From contig CAYTCJ010000003.1 of the NCBI GenBank assembly GCA_964436545.1, forward strand, positions 3,168-67,167: a stretch of DNA of 64,000 nt, given 5' to 3'. Source of the stretch: an uncultured Candidatus Saccharibacteria bacterium (GTDB taxonomy: Bacteria > Patescibacteriota > Doudnabacteria > UBA920). How positions within the stretch are numbered: position 1 is the stretch's first letter; each line of letters starts with the position of its first letter. Positions 28,922-38,183 of the stretch are shown here, one piece after another. The position numbers and the translations under genes were made by a program. The notes beneath the pieces are model-generated. The model saw only the letters and a program-made list of their open reading frames with translations, was not told the DNA's origin and did no database searches.

Positions 28922-29785
28922 ATGCCAGAAAGGCCAACATCAGAAGAATTAAATAGATCTATTGAAGAAGGAATTATGACATTCCAAGAGTATGCAAAAA
29001 AGGAGCACGATGTTCCTTATGTTTTTGAATTGAAGGAAGGGAGTAAATCACTTACCTATTACGGGGCTGGTCACTCGCATAATCCTGAAGATCCTATGTT
29101 TGTAGATATTGAACAAAGATTTAAAGCGCCACATCCTCAAGTAGTTATAGTTGAAGGAGTAAATCAATTAGTAGAACAAAAAGAACGATTCAGAAGTACC
29201 TTGAGAGGGGTAACTCGTGAAGGAGTAATAAAAAAAATGGGTGAATCTGCTTTCGCTCTAAAATTAGCAATGGATTCCAATATAGAAGTAGAATCACCGG
29301 AACCGCAATTAAGCGAAGAAATACAATATTTAATACAAACAGGTTTCGAGAAAGAAGATATTTTTGCTTTTTATCTTTATCGTTCGGCAAATCAATATCA
29401 AAGAACTCCCCAGACCCCAAGTATAGAAGAATATTTACAGCCAGACGCAGAGGAGTTTAAAGCCGCAACAAATTGGGAAAATTTTGATTATTCAATTGAA
29501 AATCTAAAAACCATCGGTCATAGGTTATGGGGAAATAGGAGTGCTTTAGATAGTGCAGAATTTTCAGAAGAACGTATTGACCCTGTCCCTTGGGATGAAA
29601 AGAAAGATGAACAAACAGTAGTAAATCAAATAGCGGCTCAGTCCAGCTTTTTTCGTGATAGATTTATGGTAAAACGATTACAAAAAATACTAAAAGAAAA
29701 AGATAGTGTGCTTGTAGTTTTTGGTGTAAGTCATGCATATATGCAAGAACCAGCTTTAAGAAAAATATTTGAAAGTTTTAAATAA
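28922..29785 (+). CDS. Hypothetical protein
   Basis: 287-aa ORF; GAGH, VEG, RD..M and FG.SH suggest a TraB/ChaN-like fold (weak). Confidence 0.65.
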   Translation: MPERPTSEELNRSIEEGIMTFQEYAKKEHDVPYVFELKEGSKSLTYYGAGHSHNPEDPMFVDIEQRFKAPHPQVVIVEGVNQLVEQKERFRSTLRGVTREGVIKKMGESAFALKLAMDSNIEVESPEPQLSEEIQYLIQTGFEKEDIFAFYLYRSANQYQRTPQTPSIEEYLQPDAEEFKAATNWENFDYSIENLKTIGHRLWGNRSALDSAEFSEERIDPVPWDEKKDEQTVVNQIAAQSSFFRDRFMVKRLQKILKEKDSVLVVFGVSHAYMQEPALRKIFESFK

Positions 29786-29844
29786 GAAAGTATGTGCTCA
29801 TTAGACTGCCTAAATAAGGTCCCAACCATTTCTACTGTGTTGAA

Positions 29845-29884
29845 CCAAACAAAAACCACTATTTAGATAGTGGTTTTTGTTTGG
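29845..29884. terminator. Intrinsic terminator hairpin
   Basis: CCAAACAAAAACCACTAT/ATAGTGGTTTTTGTTTGG. Confidence 0.7.
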
Positions 29885-30160
29885 GGAAAGTGGTAATATA
29901 TTAAAAATAAGCAGGTTATATTTTTGTCAAAAATTCAGACTTGACCCTATTCTAGACAGTGGGTTTATCTTGGCATGATAAATTGGCACCGACTAAAGGC
30001 ATATTTGGTTTTAATGATTGGGGTAGTTTGCTATTTGGGTATGGTATTTTGTTCTTTATCGTGGGAAAAGTTGTAGCATGGTTTCAACGCCCTTAACTGT
30101 AAATTTGTTAGCGTTAAAAGCCTGGACGAAACCAGGCTTTTTTGATAGACTAAAGGGTCT

Positions 30161-31069
30161 TTGAATCAAATCGAAGAAGAAAGGAGCAGGAGGGTGAAAG
30201 TATCAGAACTCTACGTTTACCCAATTAAATCGTGCCGTGGAATTGGGCTTTCGGAAGCTCGAGTCAACGCGCGCGGAATTGAACACGACCGGGAGTATAT
30301 GGTCATAGACGCCGATACGGGCATGTTCGTAGCCCAGCGGCAGGACAACGGTCTCGGCATCGAAATCAAGAGCATGTGCCAGGTGAAGACGAAACTCCAA
30401 CCCATGAACTTCATTCACATCTGGGCACCGGAAATGAGGGGCGTGCACATTAACCCCAAACTGGCCGGTAGCGAGATGCGGGTTCAGGTCTGGAAGAACG
30501 GCGGCATCCTGGCTTATGACATGGGCGACTTTTTGGCCGATTGGTTTACCAAGTTCCTAAGTCGCGAACGGCCTGGCAAGTATCGTCTGGTGCGTATGAC
30601 CGACGACTTCATCCGGCGGGCCAAGATCGGTGACGCTCAAGTGGGTTTCGCCGACGCTTACCCGTTCATGGGGATCGGCTGCAGCGCACTCGGGGAACTC
30701 AACCGACGGTTGGCGGTCAAACGCCATCCCGAACTTCCCATGAACCGCTTCCGGCCGAACATCGTGTTTGGCGACGCTGCTCCGCACTCCGAAGACCACA
30801 TGAAGGTCATCAAAATCGGCGACGAGGGCGGCGTAATCCTCGACGGTATGACGCTATGCGAACGCTGCCCCTTGCCCTGCACGGATCAGGAAATCGCTGT
30901 GCGGACCAAGGAACCCAGCGCCACCTGGGCGGAATATCGTCGCGGTCGGCACATCGGTATCACCGATCCGACAAAACAGGGAGCTGTCTTCTTCGGGCGT
31001 AACTTCAACCACCGCGGACCCGGTTACATCAAGGTCGGCGACTACGTGGAGATTCTGGAATCGGACTAG
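30161..31069 (+). CDS. MOSC domain protein (YcbX/mARC-like), GC-rich
   Basis: LYVYPIKSC, DRE.M, FADAYP, RFRPNI, CERC; the true start may be GTG at 30194. Confidence 0.9.
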   Translation: MNQIEEERSRRVKVSELYVYPIKSCRGIGLSEARVNARGIEHDREYMVIDADTGMFVAQRQDNGLGIEIKSMCQVKTKLQPMNFIHIWAPEMRGVHINPKLAGSEMRVQVWKNGGILAYDMGDFLADWFTKFLSRERPGKYRLVRMTDDFIRRAKIGDAQVGFADAYPFMGIGCSALGELNRRLAVKRHPELPMNRFRPNIVFGDAAPHSEDHMKVIKIGDEGGVILDGMTLCERCPLPCTDQEIAVRTKEPSATWAEYRRGRHIGITDPTKQGAVFFGRNFNHRGPGYIKVGDYVEILESD

Positions 31070-31170
31070 CACTCGAGGCGTGGGCCGTTGACCTTAACCG
31101 GCAACGATTCACGCTTCTCATCTTAGCAAATCAAGGATTGGTTTATTGAGATGAGAAAAGAAGGAGGAGT

Positions 31171-31437
31171 ATGTTAGCAATCGCACGCTTAATGGTGCAT
31201 ATGCACCACCACATTTGGGCGATTCTTGTGGTGTTTCTTGTAGGAGTCGGAGCTTTTGTTCTCGGCTCTTACATCCAAAACGCAATTGCCCGCAACGTGG
31301 TTTTCGGTATCGCAATCATCGCTGTGGCGTTTGTCATGGCGACGGGCGCTTCTATCGGCCCTATGGACGACTGGCAGCACCAGCACGGAAGCTGCCTGCT
31401 CGAAACAATCGACCAAATGCAGAGAGGTAAAAAGTGA
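31171..31437 (+). CDS. Small two-TM membrane protein
   Basis: AGGAGG RBS; two hydrophobic helices; overlaps the next gene by GTGA. Confidence 0.65.
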   Translation: MLAIARLMVHMHHHIWAILVVFLVGVGAFVLGSYIQNAIARNVVFGIAIIAVAFVMATGASIGPMDDWQHQHGSCLLETIDQMQRGKK

Positions 31438-32117
31438 AGCTACGCAATCTGTTGTTCGTGCTCATGGTTCTGTCTGTCGCTTTCGGGTGCGCCAATGCGC
31501 AGTCGCCGCAAAAGCAGCCCGAATGGCAGGCCAACTGGTTCCCCATTAACTGGGAGGCGGAGAAGATTGAGAAACAAATCGTCACCGATACAATCTTCAT
31601 CCACCATACGGCATGGGAACCGAACGCCACATGGCAGCGGCTGTCCGAGGAGCAGAAAAAACGGCTCTACGATGCCCGCTACGCCATCGCCGACAAAGAC
31701 CCGTTCGTGCAAGGCGAGCCGTCGCACTCGGGTCACTATCGCTTAGTGGACGGCAAATTGGTGGAAGTGTTTTACGCCTACCACTGGATAGTCCGGCAAG
31801 ACGGTAAGGTCGAACGGCTTCTGGATGACCGCGAAGTCGGCTGGCACGCCGGCAACTGGGCGGAGAACATGCGGTCAGTGGGTATTGTTTTCGATGGCGA
31901 CTACAGCAAAAAGCCGCCGCCGAAGAAAGCGCTCAAGGCAGCAGCCAAGCTCATCCAGCAATACGTCCAGCAGTATCCGACAATTACCCGCCTCAAGGCA
32001 CACCAGGACGTGCGCAAGACCGAGTGCCCGGGTGCATGGTATCATGCGGCAGACAAGCACGGGCAGACCGGCCGGGACCGACTGCTCAAATACGCAAAGC
32101 TAATATTGTCCGAGTAA
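31434..32117 (+). CDS. Secreted N-acetylmuramoyl-L-alanine amidase (Amidase_2/PGRP-like)
   Basis: Signal peptide; IFIHHT, YHWIV..DG, GWHAG, N..SVGI, H......T.CPG. Confidence 0.88.
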   Translation: MKLRNLLFVLMVLSVAFGCANAQSPQKQPEWQANWFPINWEAEKIEKQIVTDTIFIHHTAWEPNATWQRLSEEQKKRLYDARYAIADKDPFVQGEPSHSGHYRLVDGKLVEVFYAYHWIVRQDGKVERLLDDREVGWHAGNWAENMRSVGIVFDGDYSKKPPPKKALKAAAKLIQQYVQQYPTITRLKAHQDVRKTECPGAWYHAADKHGQTGRDRLLKYAKLILSE

Positions 32118-32456
32118 GTGTTCGGACTAACTGTGGGGCGCACGTTCAAGCTGGACGTGCGCTTCTTCTTTTTCCATATAAGCCTTTCTAATACGCTGCA
32201 CATATCGGAGCCATAAGAAATTCATTCCATTTTGGGATGGATTTTTTATTTCTAGATACTGGTATGAGAAGTTTATCCGCCTCTGGCGGAAATCCCGCCT
32301 ACAATAATTTGAATTGCTTTAGCAATTCATAGTGGAAGTGCCATAAAACTTTATGGCCAGCTCCCGAGCCACGCTAAGCGTGGCTGTACCCCCGCTTAGC
32401 GGGGGAGCCAAGAGAAAACATCCAATAGGCAAGGTTAGGGTGTTTTTTGCTATAAT

Positions 32457-32822
32457 ATGATTATGGATAAAAACCGAAAACTCAGAAATAAAATGAAGCT
32501 GGGCAAACCCAAGCAAATGATTGTTTATCTTTGCGGGGAATGTGGGTTTAAGTTTGGCAGGACAGAATTGCATACGCCTATTTGTTCTTATTGCCAAGCA
32601 AAAAGTGGTTTTACTATTGTTAAAAAACAAAAACTTACTCCTAGTGCTATTGCCGAAAGGTTAAAAGAATCCACAGACAATATGATGAATGCGTTAATGG
32701 GCGCTTACCAAATTCGGCCCAAAGAAATTGATGAAAAGGAACTTTTAAAAGTTATGCAAAAAGCCAAAAGCTTTACGCAAAAAATACAAAAGTTAAAACT
32801 TAAAAAATCATTTAAAAAATAA
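32457..32822 (+). CDS. Hypothetical zinc-ribbon protein
   Basis: CGEC...CSYC. Confidence 0.6.
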   Translation: MIMDKNRKLRNKMKLGKPKQMIVYLCGECGFKFGRTELHTPICSYCQAKSGFTIVKKQKLTPSAIAERLKESTDNMMNALMGAYQIRPKEIDEKELLKVMQKAKSFTQKIQKLKLKKSFKK

Positions 32823-32915
32823 TTGACCATACTTGAGTTATTCACCTAAGGTGTGAACAAGATTTAAAAATGGTATAATAGTCAGGTAAATAAAATTAAA
32901 CAAAATTAAAATTAT

Positions 32916-33713
32916 ATGGGTAATTTAATAGAAAAAATCTTTAATCCTAAAGTGCTTTTAGTTACTAACCTGTTAATTATACTTATTGCCGAGCTTAGCG
33001 GGGAATTGTTTGACACTTTGGGCCTAATTCGGATTTTTTCTTTTTTCTTTGTGGGTTTAGGTTTTATAAGAATCTTTGTCCACTACAAACTTTACGATCA
33101 ATACTTACAACCTTTAATTTTTTCCGCCATCGCTTCCTTGATTATTTTAGCGGGCACGAATTTTTTAGGGATTCATGGGTTTGAGGAAAGTGTAGAGCAT
33201 GAGGAAATGCTCTTTGTGAATTCGGTGAATTTGTATATTGTGAGCATGTTAGTTATTAGTTTCGGGGTAGAATTCTTTTTAAGAAAAGTGCAAAGAAGAT
33301 CCTCGCTGGGTTTGTGGGTTTTAGGAGGCATTACCCTAGGGGTTTTAGCTTTGGCTTTATTAATTTTAAACGAACGCATAGAAGTATCTTTGGAGCCTGA
33401 TCAATTTGGACCTTATGGCTTTTTACTGGCGCTGTTTGGCACATTCTTTTATGCTATTGCCAAATTAATCAAACTTAAAAAAGTCGTATTAATTATGAAG
33501 GATTTTGCCAACTATTATATTTATGCGTTTATTTTATTTACCATTGGCGGAGTATTAATCTTGTTATACCAATATTTAGATTTACCCGAGTACCAAATAA
33601 CTTACATCTTCCACTTTTTGTTTTACGGGGCCCTTTCCATGATGTATTTAGCCTTTGCCTTCTTTAAGACCTTACCCGGACTTTACCAAACGTTAAACAG
33701 TCAATCCCAATAA
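32916..33713 (+). CDS. Multi-pass membrane protein
   Basis: About 8 hydrophobic segments. Confidence 0.7.
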   Translation: MGNLIEKIFNPKVLLVTNLLIILIAELSGELFDTLGLIRIFSFFFVGLGFIRIFVHYKLYDQYLQPLIFSAIASLIILAGTNFLGIHGFEESVEHEEMLFVNSVNLYIVSMLVISFGVEFFLRKVQRRSSLGLWVLGGITLGVLALALLILNERIEVSLEPDQFGPYGFLLALFGTFFYAIAKLIKLKKVVLIMKDFANYYIYAFILFTIGGVLILLYQYLDLPEYQITYIFHFLFYGALSMMYLAFAFFKTLPGLYQTLNSQSQ

Positions 33714-33824
33714 GTTTATAATTTAGACGTTTAAATTGAAAACTTGGTAAAGTAAGTAATATCTTTGTAAATAAAACCAATTTAGCCTATATCATTTTAA
33801 TCAATAGTTTGTTATTATTAAACC

Positions 33825-34295
33825 ATGGAAGAGATTGATTACCAAAAAACTAAAGATTCAATGGTCGCCTTCTTGAAGGACCATTTTGTTATGGCTTTGG
33901 CTACGGCAAATGAAGAAAGTCCGGCTGTGGCTCCGGTGGTTTACATTATAGATGAAGATTTAAATGTTTATTTTGTCACTTATCGGATGTCTTACAAGGC
34001 TCAAAATTTGATTAAGAATCCTAAGTGTAGTTTTTCTGTCTGGGAATTTTTAAAAATGTCAGTGCAGGGTTCCGGAGATGCCTCGATTGTTGAAGATGAA
34101 AAACAGCAAGGTTGGGTTATGGACGCGTTTGCCGACGCAGCCACTAAAGATCCGAATTTTTGGGCACCAATTTTTAGAATTAAACGGGGAGATTACTGTG
34201 TTTTTAAGATAAAGCCCACTTGGCTCAGGGTGCTCGATTTGACTCATAACACAGTCAGACAACAAACATCACCCTTTACCGAAATTAAATTATAA
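33825..34295 (+). CDS. Pyridoxamine 5'-phosphate oxidase-like FMN-binding protein
   Basis: MALATA, YFVT...S.K..NL.KNP. Confidence 0.8.
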   Translation: MEEIDYQKTKDSMVAFLKDHFVMALATANEESPAVAPVVYIIDEDLNVYFVTYRMSYKAQNLIKNPKCSFSVWEFLKMSVQGSGDASIVEDEKQQGWVMDAFADAATKDPNFWAPIFRIKRGDYCVFKIKPTWLRVLDLTHNTVRQQTSPFTEIKL

Positions 34296-34297
34296 AT

Positions 34298-34690
34298 ATG
34301 AGCAATAATAAGCAACCCTCCATTCTGTTTTTAATTGCCGATAATGATCCGGTTTTGGCTCGAGTGATACGGAATAAATTTGAGAAAGAAATGGGTTGGC
34401 AATCATTTATTGTTTCCACTTATAAAGATGCCTTGGAAACCATAACTCATCAAAAACCCAGTGCAGTAATGACAGAAATTATTATTAAAGATGATTCGGG
34501 TAAAACCGGTTTTGATTTGATTGCCGAAATCAAAAGTCAAAATCAAAATATTCCCATTATAGTTTTTTCGGATTTGGGCCAGACAGAGGACAAGGAAAAA
34601 GCTATGCAGGCGGGTGCTACACATTATTTCTCCAAAAATGATGTTAGCATTGTTCAGCTTATGGATGAAGTAAAGAAAATCTTGAAATAA
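34298..34690 (+). CDS. Stand-alone receiver domain, atypical (acceptor Asp appears replaced by Glu)
   Basis: ADND, VMTEIII in place of LLD, GFDLI, IPIIVFS, AGATHYFSK. Confidence 0.8.
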   Translation: MSNNKQPSILFLIADNDPVLARVIRNKFEKEMGWQSFIVSTYKDALETITHQKPSAVMTEIIIKDDSGKTGFDLIAEIKSQNQNIPIIVFSDLGQTEDKEKAMQAGATHYFSKNDVSIVQLMDEVKKILK

Positions 34691-34723
34691 AGCTTAAGTT
34701 AATGATTTGCTTTAGGCAGAAAT

Positions 34724-35089
34724 ATGGACATGAACATTACCAAAACCAAATTTGTCATAATTTTTTTAGTCTGTGGGTTTGTTTTTCAATTCCTCACCAC
34801 TTCGCTGTTGGGGTCAACCGGTTTGCGGGGCATGCCCAAATACCCCGATACTTTTTTACATACCGCTTCACCCATTGCTTGGAAGCAAACTGCCTCTAAT
34901 TTTATTTTGCCTCTGAAAGTCGTGTTAACCGGGCCCTTAGTCTTATCTGAAGTAAAGTTTTTAAAAGATGATCCACCTCCACCGTTTGTGGCTTTTTATT
35001 TTATGGTTTATTGGTCGTTGCTGGCCATAAGTTTACATTATTGTTTTAGTAAATGGTTCTTTACACCCAAAAAACCCTCACCGAAGTGA
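34724..35089 (+). CDS. Hypothetical membrane protein
   Basis: N- and C-terminal hydrophobic segments. Confidence 0.6.
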   Translation: MDMNITKTKFVIIFLVCGFVFQFLTTSLLGSTGLRGMPKYPDTFLHTASPIAWKQTASNFILPLKVVLTGPLVLSEVKFLKDDPPPPFVAFYFMVYWSLLAISLHYCFSKWFFTPKKPSPK

Positions 35090-35116
35090 GGGGTTTTAGT
35101 TGGAAAACACAGCAGA

Positions 35117-36355
35117 TTAATTTACGCCGGCTGATTGTAGATAAGAGTCAAAGAACTTTTTACAGTCTAAATCGTCTTCGGTGGTAGAGCCATGGCCACA
35201 GCCGTCGGTTTTGGGGTCGGGTTTACCGCAGAGCATACCATGACAATGGTAATAAGCGCACTTGTCGGGTTTGGCTAAGTGCAGAGCGGTCGGAAATTTT
35301 TTATTTCGTTCGGCATTTTCCTGATTAATTTTTGCCAGTCTGGCAGTAATTTGGGCTTCTACAGTTTTTAGTTCATCTTCCAGTTTTTGTTTTTCCGCTA
35401 CTTTTCTAGCTAGTAAATTTTTATAAAATTCCAAAGCGGATTCAATCGAGACTTTGCGTTCCGCGCGAAGAGCGTTTAAAGCTCCTTCGTATTGGGTTTT
35501 AGTGCTTTCCGGCGGGATATAAGTATCCACCTCTTTTAAAGCTCGCTGTAAAGGGTTCATTCTTTTTTGAATGTTTTCTAAACTGGTTTGTAAAGTGGGA
35601 AGTTCTGCCGAAATTTCTCCTGCCCGTTTGCGGAGGGCTAATAGTTCCGAATCTAAATTAGCATTTACAGGTCTGCAACTTAAGAGATTTTCCGACACCT
35701 CATTGTTGGTCCCATCTTTAGCCTGTGGCGGATCGGTAAATTTTTCTTTCCCTTGTGGTGGGTGGCAGGCTTTTTCTCGAGCTGATAAACCGGCTAAGGC
35801 AGTGTTTAGAGCAGTGCGCATAGCTTGCGTATTTTGGTCAAAAGTGGTTTGCATTTGCACAAGGCTTTTGTCGTAGGCATCAAAGCAAGCTTTGGTGTCG
35901 GACTGTTCGTAAGTCACCACGGGTTTAGGGGGGTTGGCTAACCGGCAAGCGTCTAAGGCTGTCTTGGCGGTTTTGTAACTATTGTAAGCTTCGTCGCGTT
36001 TTTTAAAATAAGCTTGAAAGTCTGCATAAGGTGCCTCGTTCGCCGGAGCAGGGATATTGTTATAGTTGGCCACGGCGTTATCTCTTTGGGCTTGTGCCTC
36101 TGCACAGGGATCTACCGGTTTGGCATTGATACATTGGCTGAGTTGTGCCTCGGCTTCGGCTTTGGCCTCGGCAAATACTTGTACACTCGCCGTTACTCCG
36201 GTATCGTATAGATTTTGCAGTTCTAAGCGAGTTTCGTTAATTTTATTGCAAGCAATTTTGTTAGCATCAAAATTGCGCAAAGAAAAAATGACTCCCACAA
36301 CCACGGCCGAAGCCACGGCTACGGAGCCGACTAGTTTTGCCAGACTTGTATTCAT
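35117..36355 (-). CDS. Membrane-anchored coiled-coil protein with a Cys-rich C-terminus
   Basis: N-terminal TM, paired Cys, long heptad region, CAYYHCHGMLC...C...C. Confidence 0.7.
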   Translation of the reverse strand: MNTSLAKLVGSVAVASAVVVGVIFSLRNFDANKIACNKINETRLELQNLYDTGVTASVQVFAEAKAEAEAQLSQCINAKPVDPCAEAQAQRDNAVANYNNIPAPANEAPYADFQAYFKKRDEAYNSYKTAKTALDACRLANPPKPVVTYEQSDTKACFDAYDKSLVQMQTTFDQNTQAMRTALNTALAGLSAREKACHPPQGKEKFTDPPQAKDGTNNEVSENLLSCRPVNANLDSELLALRKRAGEISAELPTLQTSLENIQKRMNPLQRALKEVDTYIPPESTKTQYEGALNALRAERKVSIESALEFYKNLLARKVAEKQKLEDELKTVEAQITARLAKINQENAERNKKFPTALHLAKPDKCAYYHCHGMLCGKPDPKTDGCGHGSTTEDDLDCKKFFDSYLQSAGVN

Positions 36356-36450
36356 AAATTAGTAGTTAGTGATTAATAATTTATTATAACATTTAATTCG
36401 GAATTGTATATAAATGGAGTGGTTTTTGGAGTAAAAAAATGGTATTATGA

Positions 36451-36675
36451 ATGCATAAAACTATGAAACCCACCAAAGAAGATTTAAATCAATTCCAGCA
36501 GTATTTAGCCGATCATAAAGGTGAGGCGTTTTCATCTGATACTTTAGGTGCAGTTGTGACAGATGAAATCAGAGAACAAGAACGGAGGTTAGAGGCAAGA
36601 TTAAGTTATAGTCGTGAATATAATCACCCGCCTGATTTAATACCTAAGCGAGAAGTAGCCGAAGAAGAAATCTAA
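36451..36675 (+). CDS. Small hypothetical protein
   Basis: 74-aa ORF abutting dedA. Confidence 0.5.
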   Translation: MHKTMKPTKEDLNQFQQYLADHKGEAFSSDTLGAVVTDEIREQERRLEARLSYSREYNHPPDLIPKREVAEEEI

Positions 36676-37299
36676 ATGGGAATTATAGATTTTATTTTAC
36701 ATATCGATGTGCATTTAGCCAACTTGATTGCCCAGTATGGCTTTTTGGCTTATGGCATAATCTTTTTAATTATTTTTGCGGAAACCGGTTTAGTAGTGGC
36801 GCCATTTTTACCCGGCGATTCCTTGCTGTTTGCAGTAGGGGCGTTTAGTGGCGCGGGGCATTTAAATGTATTTTTAGCGTTCTTGCTTTTAACGTTGGCG
36901 GGAATTTTGGGTGATACCACTAATTATTTATTAGGTCGACATGTGGGCGCGAAAGCTTTTGCGAGAGAGAATTCCAAAATTTTTAAACCTGAATATTTGG
37001 AAAAAACCCAAAATTTTTATGTGCAATACGGGGCAAAAGCCATTGTGCTCGCCAGATTTTTGCCGATTCTAAGAACTTTTGCGCCGTTTGTAGCCGGGGT
37101 GGGTAAAATGGATTACGTTAAATTTTTTGTGTTTAATGTTTTGGGTTCGGTATTGTGGGTAAGTGTGTTTTTATTCTTAGGTTATTTTTTCGGCCAAATT
37201 GCCGTAGTCAAAAATCACTTTCAATATGCCGTGTTGGGGATTATTTTTTTATCTTTTCTCCCTATGATTTGGGAATATATTAAATATCATAGAAAGTAA
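36676..37299 (+). CDS. dedA: DedA family membrane protein
   Basis: FAETGL..PFLPGDSLLF, ARFLP..RTFAPFVAG. Confidence 0.95.
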   Translation: MGIIDFILHIDVHLANLIAQYGFLAYGIIFLIIFAETGLVVAPFLPGDSLLFAVGAFSGAGHLNVFLAFLLLTLAGILGDTTNYLLGRHVGAKAFARENSKIFKPEYLEKTQNFYVQYGAKAIVLARFLPILRTFAPFVAGVGKMDYVKFFVFNVLGSVLWVSVFLFLGYFFGQIAVVKNHFQYAVLGIIFLSFLPMIWEYIKYHRK

Positions 37300-37365
37300 G
37301 TTGGTACTAAAAAATCACCCCTCCGGTGTTCATCGGAGGGGTGATTGCCTAAATCGGAGCTTAAG

Positions 37366-38091
37366 TTATTTAACTTCGCCTAAAACCGCAATTTTAACGG
37401 TAAACATATCGTCAATTACGGCATTGCCTAATTTGCTGGAACCGTAGTTAACTCCCCATTTGGTTCGGTCTAATTGGAGTTGGGATTCCAAAGTTGCCAT
37501 AGTGCCTAAAATGGTGACATCGCCTTTAAAAGTAACGGGTTGGGTAATGCCTTTTATTGTGAGGGTGCCGGAAAATTCATATTGTTTGCCAGTAGGGGTT
37601 TCGCTTAAGACTTTAGCGGTAGTAATGGCTAATTCAGCCGTTGGGTATTTTTCTGCGTCAAAAAAATCCGGAGATTTTAAATGCTTTGAGAGCATATCCA
37701 TTCCATCACCTTTGCCGGTGGTAAGGGCGGTAATGGAAGTCATATCAATGGTGGCGTTAGCTTTAACAATAACTCCATCTTTAATTTCCGCACTGCCTGA
37801 TTTGACATTAATGCTTCCCGCGTCTTCATAATTGGCCACAATTACTTTTCTGCCCACCCAAGCCATTTTGGTGTTTTCGGCAGTTAAAGCCACAGTGCCA
37901 TTTTTGGCATTTTCTTTGGGTAAGGTTTCGGCTGTTTTTTCCTCGGGAGTCTCACTGGGGTTTTTGGTTTGGTTTATATAATCGTCAGAAACTTTTTCAC
38001 TATTTTTTTGTGATTGTTTAGACATAATTACGCCTCCGGCAACAATTATGGCTACAACTACGACTCCCACGCCTAAAACTTTTTTATTCAT
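37366..38091 (-). CDS. YceI family protein
   Basis: HLKSPDFFDAEKYP, GTLTIKG, LDRTKWG. Confidence 0.9.
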   Translation of the reverse strand: MNKKVLGVGVVVVAIIVAGGVIMSKQSQKNSEKVSDDYINQTKNPSETPEEKTAETLPKENAKNGTVALTAENTKMAWVGRKVIVANYEDAGSINVKSGSAEIKDGVIVKANATIDMTSITALTTGKGDGMDMLSKHLKSPDFFDAEKYPTAELAITTAKVLSETPTGKQYEFSGTLTIKGITQPVTFKGDVTILGTMATLESQLQLDRTKWGVNYGSSKLGNAVIDDMFTVKIAVLGEVK

Positions 38092-38183
38092 GCTTTTTTC
38101 CTTTCAATTAATTTTTTTAACTTCAAAATTATAACTAATTTATTTTTGGATTGTCAATTAAAACGCAAATCCTTTATTGTAGT

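Larger units (their letters stand above)
27914..32410. mobile_element. tRNA-Asn-anchored genomic islet bounded by a 54-bp direct repeat (27914-27967 and 32357-32410)
   Basis: CCAGCTCCCGAGCCACGCTAAGCGTGGCTGTACCCCCGCTTAGCGGGGGAGCCA is identical at both ends; cargo has atypical base composition. Confidence 0.85.

Noticed and set aside
30203-32103. Many overlapping short ORFs in the islet
   Set aside because: Expected from stop-codon scarcity in GC-rich DNA; they overlap well-supported genes.
27914-32410. Prophage or integron interpretation of the islet
   Set aside because: No integrase, phage structural genes or recognisable attC-type sites.
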